Source: Vicugna vicugna
Taxonomy: Eukaryota
DNA length: 64,000 nucleotides
NCBI GenBank assembly: GCA_013265495.1
Contig: MU058718.1
Span: 2,627,779-2,691,778, forward strand
Direction: 5' to 3'
This document shows, in pieces, positions 1 through 11,700 of this stretch (the stretch's first letter is position 1; each line of letters begins with the position of its first letter). The position numbers were made by a program, and so were the translations under genes. Under the pieces are notes generated by a model that had not been told where the DNA came from, did no database searches, and saw only the letters and a program-made list of their open reading frames with translations.

Positions 1-354
1 TTTTTGGTTATTCTCTGTCCAAAATTTTCTCAGGTCCTCTCTCTCTCTCTCCTCTTTCTGGGACCCCTGTAATGCGAATATTAGAGCACTTCATGTTATC
101 CCAGAGTTCTCTTAAACTATCCTCAGTCCCTTTTTTTTTTTTCTTTTTTCTGTTCTGAAGTAGTGATTTCCACTAATCTGTCTTCTAGCTCACTTATCCA
201 TTCTTCTACCTCATTTAGTCTATTCTTGGTTCCTTCTAGTGTGTTATTCAGTTCAGTGATTTTATTCTTTAACTGTGTTCAGGTATTCTTTATATTTTCC
301 AACTCTTTGCTAAAAACTTCACTCTGTGCATCTATACTCCTCTTGAGTTCTCTG

Positions 355-839
355 AACATTTTGGCCTTCATTACTTTAAACTCTTTCTCAGAGAAGTTAC
401 CTATCTCCTCATCACTTATTCTTCTGGGATTTTATGTTGTTTCTTGGCCTGGGAGATATTCCTTTGCCGCCTCACATCGTCTATCTTTCTATGTGTTTGT
501 GGATTCCTTCCACGGGCTTTGGGATTATCATTTTCTTATTTCTAGTATCTGCCCCTGGTGGATGAGGCTGGACTAGAGGCTTATGCAGGTTTCCTGAAAC
601 ATTTTGGCCTTCATTACTTTAAACTCTTTCTCAGATAAGTTACCTATCTCCTCATCACTTATTCTTCTGGGATTTTATGTTGTTTCTTGGCCTGGGAGAT
701 ATTCCTTTGCCGCCTCACATCGTCTATCTTTCTATGTGTTTGTGGATTCCTTCCACGGGCTTTGGGATTATCATTTTCTTATTTCTAGTATCTGCCCCTG
801 GTGGATGAGGCTGGACTAGAGGCTTATGCAGGTTTCCTG
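355..839. repeat. 243-bp direct tandem duplication (355-597 / 598-839)
   Basis: Copies read identical except gagaag/gataag; also visible as two identical ORF translations. Confidence 0.95.
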
Positions 840-929
840 GCAGGAGGAGCCAGTGCCTGCCCACTGCTGGGTGAAGCTTGGTCGTGGACCTCTGGTGGGT
901 AGGGCTGTGTCTAGAGGCCTTTGTGGCTT

Positions 930-955
930 NNNNNNNNNNNNNNNNNNNNNNNNNN
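930..955. other. Assembly gap (26 N)
   Basis: Run of n characters. Confidence 1.
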
Positions 956-1247
956 CAGCCAGTATTTGGCCTGAGGCTTCCCTACAGGCTGTTGGGTGGG
1001 GCTTGGTCTTGGTGCTAATGATCCAATCAAGATGTCAGCCTCCAGGAAAGCTCATACAGATGAACACTTGTGGAATGTCCGCCACCAGCTTTTATGTCCC
1101 CTGAGTGGGCCGCAGCCATCCCGCATGTCCCCAGGTGACCCTCCAAATCCAGCAGGCAGGTCTGGCCCATGTTCCTATGAAATCACCGCCTCTGCCCTTG
1201 GACTTGATTCACGTGAGTTTCTGTGTAGGCTTCTCAACCAAATGGAA

Positions 1248-1370
1248 GGGGGAGGGTATAGCTCAGTGGTAGAGCACATGCTTAGCATGCATGAGGTCCT
1301 GAGTTCAATCCCCAGTAACTCTGTTAAAAAAATAAATCAACCTAATTATCTCCCCCACCTTGAAAAAATA
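1248..1370 (+). mobile_element. tRNA-derived SINE (camelid Vic-1-like)
   Basis: ggggagggtatagctcagtggtagagc (A box)...gagttcaatcccc (B box), then ...aataaatcaacctaattatctcccc and an A-rich tail. Confidence 0.85.
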
Positions 1371-1789
1371 AGACAGTTGCTCAAGTGAATGGACTCTCCA
1401 TTTTCCCCAGTCCCTTGATGCTCCCAGAGCCAAGCTCCCCTGGTCTTCAAAACCAGATGTCCTGGGGTCTCCTCTTCCCAATGCTGGGACCCGAGCTGGG
1501 GAGCCTGACGTGGGGCTTGGAGCTCTCACTCCTGTGGGAGGGCCTCTGCGACTTAACAAATCTCCAGCTTGTGGGTCGCCCACCCTGGGGGTATGGGGCC
1601 CAATTGTATCACGAGCACGCCCCTCCTACCATCCTGCTGTGGTTCCCCCTTTATATTTCCAGTTGCAGAAGATCTTTTTAGCTAGGCTCCAGTCTGTCTT
1701 TGATGGTTGTTTAGCATTCAGTTGCGGTTTCGTTGTAGGAGAGACAAGCTCGTGGTCCTACCACTCCACTGTCTTGACAGGAACTCTCG

Positions 1790-3880
1790 GAAGTATTAAT
1801 ATTGTTAAAATGTCATACTACCCAAAATAATCTACAGATTTAATGCAGTCCCTACAAGGATATACTGTACAGCACAGGGAATATAGCCAATATCTTATAA
1901 TAACTTTAAATGGAGTATAATCTATAAAAATGACTCATTTTGATGTACATTTGAAACTTACATGTTCTAAGTCAACTGTATTTCAATTGACAAAAATGAA
2001 ATTGCATAAGCAAATATGAAAGCATTTTGCCTAATGTAAAACATTATAAAATATTAAAGTATTATTCAAAGAAAGTTATTTCTGGACAAACAGGAGGGTC
2101 AGTAAAATGGAATACTACTCAAAGAAAAATAATGAAGATGGACTTCTACTTCATACCGTATACAAAATTTAACTGAGAATGGGTCAAAGACCTTACGTAA
2201 TTAAATTAAAATTTTAGAAAAAACATGGGGGTGAACTGTGATCCTGAATTTGGCAGTGGTTTCTGAGATATGCTCAAAGTACAAGCAACAGAAGAAAACA
2301 AAAATAGGTAAATGGGATGTTGTCAAAAGTAAAAACTTTTGTGCTTCAGAAGACATTATCAACCTACATACAGAATGGGAGAAAATATTTGCAAATCGTG
2401 TTTAAATAAGAGATGTATTAGGAATATATGAAGAGCTCTTACAGCTGAATAATAAGACAAATAATCTAATTAAAAGATAGGCAAAAAAAAAAATTTCTCC
2501 AAAGATGGCATTCAATGAACCCATGAAAAGATGCTCAAGATCATTAATCACCAGGGAAGTACAAAACTCAAAACCATAATGAGATACTACTTTGCATGTG
2601 GATGGCTTACAATAAAAAAAAAACCGATAATAACACATGTTGGTGAGGATGTGGAGAAACTGAAACCCTCACACATTGCTGGTATGAGTGTACAATGGTG
2701 TAGCTACTGTGCAGAACAGCGGTTACTCAAAAAGCTAAACACATAGTTACTGTTTGACTGAGTAACTGTACTCCTGCCTACATACCCAAGAGAAATAAAA
2801 GCTTATGAAAACTTCACAATAGCCAATAGGTGGAAACAACCCAAATGTCCATCAATTGAATAGGTTTTTAAAACGTCATATATCCATATGATGGAAGACT
2901 ATTAAAACATAAAAAGGAATGTTACACTATGCATGAGCTTTGAAAGCATTATGCTAAGTGCAGATAACTAGTCATGAAGGACAGCATATTGCGTGATTCT
3001 GTTTTGTCCAGAGCAGGCAAATCCACAGAGACAAAGCAGATTAGTGGTTGCCTAGGTTGGAGGCATAATAGTGGGGCAGGGAGTTGATAGTTAAAAAGTA
3101 CAAGGTTTCTTTGGGGGGGATTAAAATGTTCTAAAATTGATTGTGGTTTATAGTTACAGAGCTCTGCTAATTTATTTTTAAAAAACATTTAATTGTGCAC
3201 TTGGTTTTTCCTTTTTCTCCATTTCCATTTGCATGGAATGTGCACTTTAGATGGGTGAATTGTATGGTATGTGAATTATATCTCAATTGAAAAAAGCAGT
3301 TGTGGAGGAAAAAACCCAAACCTCTAAAGCAGTGGTTCGCATACTTCACTCATCATTAGCCTTACCTATGAAGCTAGATAAACATGATGATAAAAACATT
3401 CAAGATCTATCAAGGCACCACAGGGCACGTTACTAAGTGAAAGAAGCCAGTCTGAAAAGGCTTCACACTGTGCAATTCTAGACCTTCTAGAAAAGGTAAA
3501 ACAATAGAGACAGTACATAGATCAGCGGTTGCCAGGGGGTCAGGGGGAGGGAGAAGAGGGCAGAGCACAGGGATTTTTAGAGCAGAGCAACTATTGTGTA
3601 TGATACTGTCATGGTGGACACGCGTCATTATGCAGTTGCCAAGCCCTACAGAACTGTACAGCGCAGCGTGTGGCCCAGTGTAAACCATGGGCTGTAGTTG
3701 GTAATAACACATCAGTGTTGGTCCGTCAGTTACAACAGATGTGCCACACTAGTGTGTGATGTTAATAACAGAAGGAACCATGCAAACTGGGGGAGGGGGA
3801 CTATGGAAACTACTTTTTTGCTGAATTTTTTTTTGCAAATCTGAAATTGTTTTAAAGTCTATTAATTAAAAAAAAAAAAA
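1790..3880 (+). mobile_element. Cluster of LINE-1 ORF2/3' UTR fragments (L1M-type plus an artiodactyl L1 3' end at ~1855-1995)
   Basis: Typical L1 text: aatattgttaaaatgtcatactacccaaa, gaatgggagaaaatatttgcaaatc, tggtgaggatgtggagaaactg, ggaaacaacccaaatgtccatca; ends in poly-A at ~3870-3880. Confidence 0.85.
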
Positions 3881-4744
3881 AGTTCTAGGCAAGCCAGAGG
3901 ATGAGCCTGGGAAGTAAGGGGACTCTCCAGGTGGGAAATGACCTTGTCAGATCAAGGGGACATTTTAATTCTGAAAACCAGTAGGTAGTTTTCCCTTAGA
4001 AGGCAAGAGGCACAAGAGGAGAATGTTCTTTCAGCTCCATGTCGATATTGCTGAGCCCGGAACCCGTGCCTCTGAGCGGTGCTTCCTTGACTCGTGCCCC
4101 GGGGCTTTACCACTGGCGCTGAGGGCTCCATGTGCAAGTGTCACTTCAGTGTTGTGGTAATGGGAGATTAAGGTAAGAGGCTAGGATGTAGAGGTGGCTT
4201 GAAGTGAGAATCCTCAGTTTGTTGGATTGGTTGGTTATTTTGGTTTTAGGAAACTTGGAAGCGTAGCCACTGACTGTCCAAAGATGGGATTATAAGGTAG
4301 TGAATTACTAGTATGAAAATGTCAATTGATTTTATAGAAACATGTATCTCAGGAGGGAAAGGACTGTTATTGCCCATTTCCCAAGGACAGATGTAAATAA
4401 AAACAACGGGGGAAAACGGCCTTCACCTTTGAATGTCCAGTTCTGCTCTTCACTGAGTCTAGGCGTCTGATCTGTAAGAAGTGTAATTAGTGGGAGAACC
4501 TACCAGGCCACAGAGTCCCCTTCAGATTCTGGAATCATTTAAGGAAAAGACAGATCCCTGGGTGTGCCTGTCCTGGAGGTACGCTAAAGGGGAACAGCCA
4601 AGGCCCAGAAGGCCAGCAAACTGGCAGGTACCAAGCCGCTAATTTGTCCTTGAAATTACATGATTTTTCCCTTCTACTCAGGTCAAATAATAATAATTAA
4701 TAATATTATTATTCTAGCAGTAGTAGCAAAGGACAGTTCACTTA

Positions 4745-4915
4745 ATGCCAAGCACTGTTCTGAGTACCTTGCATGAATGAAGCCCTTTAATCCCCTCAAC
4801 AGTCCTACCCAGTAAGGGGATTGTCACCCCGTTTTACAGAGGCTGAGGTGCAGACATGAAGCAAGCTGCCTGGTCACAGCTAGAAAGGGGTGAGCTGGGA
4901 CTCAAACCCCAGCCC
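4745..4915 (-). mobile_element. MIR SINE
   Basis: gccaagcactgttctgag...tttaatcccctcaacagtcct...ccccgttttacagag...gagctgggactcaaacccc. Confidence 0.75.
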
Positions 4916-5329
4916 GGCTGCAGAGCCCCCTCTCACCCCGCCCACGGCCCTGCTCCTCCATGGGGACTCCCCAGACCTCGGGACCGCCTTGACATGCAGA
5001 CCAGATGTTGAGAGGGGGAATGTGTGTTACCCTTTGTGTTTCATCCCCCCTACATAAGACAGGAATACTGTCCGCTCTGCCTGAATGGGAGGAAAATGAG
5101 GATGAAAGAAGAAAATAACAACAAAAAAGAGAAAAGTACAACCTGCTTTCTTTCTCTCCACAGTATCTTGAGACTTTCACTCTTTCCAGAGGAAGCGATG
5201 GTCTGGTTGGGACATGGGTCTGGTTAGGATGGGTGAGACAGCACAGCTGCCCTGCCTGATGAGGGCGCTCCAGGGTCTCGGGTTCAGGGGGTAGTCTTCG
5301 CAGTGAGCACTGGGAGCCTGAGGCCCCGC

Positions 5330-5390
5330 CCCCTCCCCAGCCACCAGCCCCTCCCCAGCCACCAGCCCCTCCCCAGCCACCAGCCCCTCC
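5330..5390. repeat. 18-bp minisatellite (cccctccccagccaccag) x3.4
   Basis: Three perfect units plus a partial unit. Confidence 0.95.
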
Positions 5391-5789
5391 GCCTCCCCAA
5401 GTGTTGGGGCTTCCAGTGCGGGTTGGCTAGTGCTTGTAGGGTTACAGAGCCAGACCCAGGATTGCTTACTGCTCTTGCTTCCACTTCAGGACTCAACTCG
5501 CTGGTTAGGAGAGTTTGGGCAGAAGGCCATGCATTCAAGCCAAAGGGGACTGTTCCTTTAAGGAAAACCACTCTTCCCCTGTGGATTAAATGAGTAAATT
5601 AGTTCCAGATCCTCTGTCAGAGTCACTGTTCAGGAGGGTGAGGGTGAAACAGAAAATGTCTTAAGAAGGATACAGCTATTCTTTACTTACTATAATAGGA
5701 GAAAAGCTCACTAGCCATAGAGAATGAATAGCCAAACTATTTTAGAAATGTATTTTTAAAATAGTGTTTTTGGAAACTGAATTCTGAGC

Positions 5790-5925
5790 ACAGGGCCTCA
5801 TGTGCAGAAGGAGCTGTACTCTTGGTTTAAAGCTCTGCTGTCACTGTCTTGAAACTCTGAATAATTTGTGAACAGAGTTCCACATTTTCCTTTCACACTG
5901 GGCTCTGCAAGTTATGTGGCCATGC
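5790..5925. mobile_element. MER91A-like hAT-Tip100 fossil
   Basis: cttggtttaaagctctgctgtcactgtcttgaaa...cacattttcctttcacactgggctctgcaagttatgt resembles the recalled consensus. Confidence 0.55.
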
Positions 5926-7523
5926 TGTCAGTAAAGTCTATTTTAAATCAGAATTATGTAAATTATGTACATTTCCCCCTCAATTACTGGAAGGCTAGGT
6001 ACCCTGTCTAAGTTTGCAAATCAATATTTGTGCTTTTTGTTTTTTTCTTTTAATGCCTCCTGGGGTGGTGAGATCCTGACATTATATGTAACTCCCTAAT
6101 CTCCTGGGATGTGCCACAGTGAGGTTTTGATGTTGGAAAGTACTGAACAAGAAGGCTAGGCATTTGAATTTATAAACTAGAACATTTCAGAGCTCACTTC
6201 CGCCTTTGGCTGGGTAGGCCAGCCATTTGGTACAAAATCTTCTCCTAAAATGGAGAGGGGGACATTCAGGTACTTGTCTCTTGTGGCACCTTGAGTGAGG
6301 ATGCGACCCTGTTGTTCTGAAGGGCAGCGCACACCAGGGACTGACTCGGGACCTTGGTCAGTGCTGTCAAGTTGACCCCGCAGCCACAACCCTAGTGCTG
6401 TGCTTCCGTCCCATCTGGCAAGAGCCCCAGAAGGGAGGGACGGGGGACATGCAAGGATGTCCCCAGGGTTTGGGGAGTGAGGCCTGTGCTGGCGGACTTA
6501 AGTTCATCAGGTTTAGAAATGCTTGGAGCCACTGTCGGTCCTGTTTTCTTAAGAAGATTCTGTCACTCAGCTAATACCACTGAGGTGAACTGAGCATAAA
6601 CCCATGGCCCTTGCTATTTTCAGGCCACAATGTGGGAATCAATGAGAGAACATTCCATGGCAGGGCCACACATGGTATTTCTTATAACGTGATGGTAGGA
6701 GTTTACCAGAAAGCAAAGGTGACCCAGGGACTCAGCCAAACATCCTCATTCACAGCCGCCTAATAGGGAAAATGGGAAGAGGGCTAACGTGGGCGGAGGG
6801 CTAGCACGGAGAGGTGGCCGGGCAGCCTAAGGACGGGCGCAATCCGTTTATGAGGCAGGTGACAGCAGCAGGCACTTGGGTCTAGACTAGGAGTTACTTT
6901 GGGCGAGGCTCTCCCATGTGAGGTTGGGGGTGGGAGACGTGGGTGAGCTGGAGTGAGATGGGAGGGCACCCAGGAGGAGGTGGTACCACCAGCCTGTGTC
7001 TCTGGATGCTGCACTGCTGGTTTCTGGGGCAGTGAGAGAGCTGTGGAGGGTAAGGTAGGACTTGTGTCTGCCTGTTGAGACAGACTCAGGCACAGAAGTC
7101 AAGTTATCATGACTTAGATGGAGCCCCGGCAGGGGCAGGGATGGCTTGATGTAGAGGCCAGAAGGTTTGGGTGAGGCTCACAGAATCTTTTGAACCTAAG
7201 ATCAGAATGAATTCTGGGGACTGAGACAAAGCTAAAACCTCAAGTGAGGATGAACACGCTCCGCTGAGAAAGAGGGAACACAGTCACTGAGGAATCACCT
7301 TTCACATATATTGCATTGAGTTTTTATATTTTTCTTCAGCAGTTCTGGCAGACAAGCATTACTTTTTCACTCTCATTTTGCACCTGAGGAATCAGAAGTA
7401 AATGGTAGTGCCCAAAGTTAATGGATTCATCCTGTCTGGACAACTGGGGCTCTCTCCAACACCACCGTCTCTGTGCTGTTGGCTTAGATTAGATGACTTT
7501 GTGAAGTTCCTTTGGTGCTAATT

Positions 7524-7760
7524 GTAGCAAAATGGTGGAAAGCATGGATGGGCTCTGGAGCCAGACTGCCCAGCTTTTTAACCTGTCCACCGCTTCTGAC
7601 TGTGTGACCTTGGGCAGGTTACTTGGCCTCTCTGTCTGTGGTAAAATTAAGATGATGATGATACCTTCTTCACAGTATAGTCACGAGAATTTAAAGGGAT
7701 GATATACGTAAAGGGTTTAGAACAGTGCCAGGCACGTAAGTGCTTAGTAAGCATTACCAT
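7524..7760 (+). mobile_element. MIR SINE
   Basis: ggctctggagccagactgcc...tgtgtgaccttgggcaggttacttggcctctctg...ttagaacagtgccaggcacgtaagtgctt. Confidence 0.85.
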
Positions 7761-8420
7761 TACACTCTGTCTAGAAATAGAGCTCTTTAGGGAAGATTTC
7801 AGATGTTAATAGTCATCACTACCTAGTGGATGGCAAGGTTAATCCTGAAGAGCAAATACTGCAAGTCATTCCTGTTTGGTTTTGTAAATCTTTTTTAAAA
7901 AGCAAGATTTTCTCATTAATTGAATTTTGACCCATAAAATAGCTCACTTAGTGAGAGACTGCCCAATTTAGAGGCAGGAATTTGGGTATGAGTCTTTGCT
8001 GTACCACTTCCTGGCTTTGTGAGCTTGGGCAGTTTTTCCAAGGTCTCTCAGTATTTTCCTCTATCTGAAAATTACCAATAAAAAGGATGACAGCCTGCCT
8101 CACAGAATCATCCTGAGAATCACACAAGGTGATAGAACGAACGCACTTTAAAGTGAAAGGATGCCACGTGTTGGATATTTTTGTTTCCTGGACCCAAGCC
8201 CACTGTAAGCAAGAAAAGGTTAGCTGTCCATATAGAGTAGTCAAGGGGAAGTCATTCTGGAATTTAAAACTGTGACGCAGATAATCCACCCTCGTGTTGG
8301 ATATTAATAATTTAGTACGGTTGCCAGGTGGGCCCCCAACACAGACAAGTACACAGTCTGTTCCAAGGACTCGCCAGTCTTCTTCCTTCTGCCCCGTCCT
8401 CTTCACAGCAGCCAGACGGC

Positions 8421-8592
8421 TTTTTTTTTTTTTAAAGTATATTGATTTACGGCATTGTGTTGGTTTCTGGTGTACAGAATAGTGATTCAGTTACACATTT
8501 TCTTTTTCATATTTATCGTTATAGGTTATTACGAGCTATTGAATGTAGTTGCCTGTGCTGTACAGTAGGACCTTGTTTATACACAGTAGTTA
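8421..8592 (-). mobile_element. 5'-truncated L1 3' end (cetartiodactyl type)
   Basis: Poly-T then agtatattgatttac...tttctggtgtacag..agtgattcagtt...ataggttatt...ctgtgctgtacagtaggaccttg. Confidence 0.8.
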
Positions 8593-8627
8593 GTGCTTTT
8601 TAAAAAATTTCCTCTCTGCCCACACAG

Positions 8628-8771
8628 GGGACTCAGAACCCGCCCCAGTGAATCCTTGCTATGACGGGAGCCACACATGTGCCACCACAGCTCGGTGCCA
8701 TCCGGCGACAGGTGTAGACTACACCTGTGAGTGTGCACCTGGGTACCAGGGAGATGGACGGAGTTGCATGG
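8628..8771 (+). CDS. NID2: NID2 exon, EGF-like 1 ([40 protein letters not shown])
   Basis: Acceptor cacacag| at 8627, donor G|gtaaga at 8772; 144 nt, phase 1-1; six-Cys EGF pattern. Confidence 0.96.
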
Positions 8772-11700
8772 GTAAGAGCCACATGCCCCGTGTTCCTTCA
8801 TGGAGTTGTCCAGCGTTACATGGAGGGAAGACAAGTGTCTGTCGTCTTTGTGATCTCCATAGATCAATGAGTTCAGCAGCTATTCATCTAAATTGTTATT
8901 TAAAAACCAAGCATATCCTGCTTTAAGAGGGTAGTTTGGAGGCGGGTATTTGGGGCTGAGACTCTGAAAACATCTATTGTAATCCCTGGATATTTGGCAT
9001 TCTGAAATGTGGTCATTTTAAGCCTGTATCAAGCGCAGTTTACATTTTAAAAAGTACACTATTTATCCTTAGATTTCAGACATTTCTTTCACCTCTTACA
9101 TCCCAAAAAGCAGCAGTAGAAATTTCTTTACCATTTTAAAAGGAAAATGGTTACCGTGTGTTTTTCTTCTAAATGTTCAGAATATTTTTAATGTTTAAAG
9201 AATTCTCAGAATATTTGTTTAAAACATATCTCCTGGGGCTCGTACTTGAATGGCTTGGGATAAATGTTTATTTTTATGACGACATAAATCCACATCTGGT
9301 GCTTAGGCTGCATCTCCATGCCTGTTTAGTCCCACTGAAACCTCGTAGGGGTGAGAAGTCATGGAGTTTGCAGACCCTCCACCTGTGGGACTCTTGATTT
9401 AAGCAGCACTTTGTTCTTGTTCCCCTTTAGATGTGAATGAATGTGCAGCCGGCTTCCATCGCTGCGGCCCCAACTCCGTGTGTGTCAACTTGCTCGGGAG
9501 CTACAGGTGCGAGTGCCGGAGCGGTTACGAGTTCGCAGACGACCGGCACACCTGCGTCTGTGAGTCCAACGCCAGGCCTCTTTTTGGCCAAAGCCTTGCT
9601 GAACCTTATTCTTGGACTCACTGCTGTTTCCACTGCTGTACAGGAGCTCTGCTGCAGGGTTTTCTAGAAAATAGACACTTTACATGGAAGTAGCCCAAAG
9701 CTCTGGCTCAGTTCAGCCCTGTTTGTTGGGGTTTTGTTTTTGCTTTGGGTTTTGTTGTTGTGTTATTGTGTTATTGTTCTTCTCTAAATACACATTTATG
9801 GTGTAAGTTATGGAAGGATGTTCAACTCAGTTGGGATTGCTGTGTATCTTAGTGTTTAGCCCAGTCGTGTAACAAGACTATGAACCTCTAATAATAACAG
9901 CTCTAGATAAAGGTCAAGTATTTCTCAAATTAGATCGAAGTGGATTTGTAATTCAAAGATGCTTGTCCTACTCGACTGATAAAAGAGTTTCCATCTAAGC
10001 TCCCTTTTCTAGAGTTCCAAAAAAAATACTTTTGATCTATAAGTGGATCCAAAGAACTAGAATTCCAAATTCATCCCATTGTTAGAGCTGGTTGGTATTA
10101 GAGAAAACACACTTTTCAATTCAGTGAGATGAAAAAGTCGCAGCGATCACAGAGGCTGTGTGTACATACGTACGTACATGCAGGCGTGCAGAGCTGCAGT
10201 GCTCTGGGGAGTTAAAGCTTTAACCAAGGAATGTCTTTAACTGGTCTTCATGCCTAGTGTGGTAACCACAAAGCAAGACTAGCACTTCTTGAATTGTAAT
10301 GTGCACACAGACTACCTAGGGAATTTGTTAAAATGCTGATTCTGATTCATTGGCTCTGGGCCAGGGCCTGAGAACCTGCATTCCTTATAAGCCCCCAGCA
10401 GTCCCAATGCTGTTGATGTGCAGATCTATCACACTGTGAAGAGCGAGGCTCACCCATTCTCGGGCCTGAACTCTGGGACAACCTTGCCTTCCTCCCTTTT
10501 CAGTGATCGCCCCACCTCCCAACCCCTGTGAGGATGGCAGTCATAACTGTGCTCCTGCCGGCAGGGCCCGGTGCATTCACCACGGAGGCGGCTCGTTCAG
10601 CTGTGCCTGCCTGCCCGGGTACACCGGCGACGGGCACCAGTGCACCGGTGAGTACCTGCGGTCGGCTTCTGCCACTCTGAAAGTTGCCTCTGATGCACAT
10701 CCCCACGTAGCTGGGACCACTCTGAAACCTCTCCCTTCCTTTTACTCGCACCGCCTTGGAACTGCCAAAAGAGAAAGACAAGGTGTCCTTTGGGTCAGAA
10801 AGACAGGCAAGGGTGACTTGCCTTGGGGGAGATCGTTGAGCATATATGGTTGTCCTTGGCGGAGACGTGCCTGGAGCCCTGGGAGCCCCTGTCGGCTTGT
10901 AACTTTCTGTTCTTGGAGCTAAAGTCATATATTCTCCTGGGAGGAAGTCTCCATCCTTCAGTCTCTTTGCTAATGGCTTACTTCAGCCCTTGGAGGTCAT
11001 GCCTAATTTCTAGTTGCTGTTTCCTTGCTTGAAGTGGTGTTTTGAGCCATCTCTAAACACATACAGCTCTTCCTCTGTAACTTACTCCCTCTCTCTCCCT
11101 GGACAGGATACCTAATGCATACCTAAGGACTCAAAACTTTTCTCTCAGAAATCTAACTACCATCAAGACTTTATACATTGTTTTATAAAATCACTAAACC
11201 AGAACGTGGGACTAACACTGTCAAAGTCGAACTTAGAAATGTGTGAGGTTGTCACTGCAACACTAGGCTTAACACTGAGTATAAATGTTCCTGAAAGTGA
11301 ATTAGTAGTACTTTAATGTAGAGATTATTCAGTAAATCTACATAATCCACTAACGGCTTTCAAAACATACCCAGTGACACGTGATTGAGCTGAAATTCAG
11401 TTTCACGTTGTCTGTCAGTAATACACACAGATTATGGTAAAATGAGACGCTGGGGATGAGAGGAGGGGTGGGGTAAGGGTTTGGCATGGAAAAGGGTCAG
11501 TTTTAGGAATGTAAACCTAAAACACAGGCGTTCCCCCACTCCTCAAATCGCTGCTTGTATCTGCCCCCCACCCCCGGACCCCGGGACCCGCTGAGCTGAT
11601 TTGCTGAGAACAGCCTGTGACTCCCAAGAGCAAAGAGCACGGCCCCGCCCTCCTCGCCAGATGTGTGGTGCTCGCCCTCCTCCCCTTTCGCTCTGGGTTC

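Larger units (their letters stand above)
1..1790 (-). mobile_element. Old LINE-1 fragment (ORF1/5' UTR region, antisense), interrupted by an assembly gap and a SINE
   Basis: T-rich antisense L1 ORF1-like text (ctctttctgggacccctgtaatgcgaatatt...ttcttctacctcatttagtctatt) grading into GC-richer 5'UTR-like sequence. Confidence 0.65.

Noticed and set aside
355..839. CRISPR-like or repeated coding unit (two identical ORFs)
   Set aside because: Simple two-copy tandem duplication in antisense L1; no spacers, eukaryotic context.
1248..1320. tRNA-Ala-like gene (A and B boxes)
   Set aside because: It continues into a SINE body and A-rich tail, and related copies at 48882 and 59506 have TSDs, so it is a SINE rather than a tRNA gene.
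1..8627. Additional upstream NID2 exons (G2 domain)
   Set aside because: No nidogen-like peptide found; the region is mostly repeats, consistent with one long intron. A candidate acceptor at ~4681 is followed by stop-rich AT sequence.
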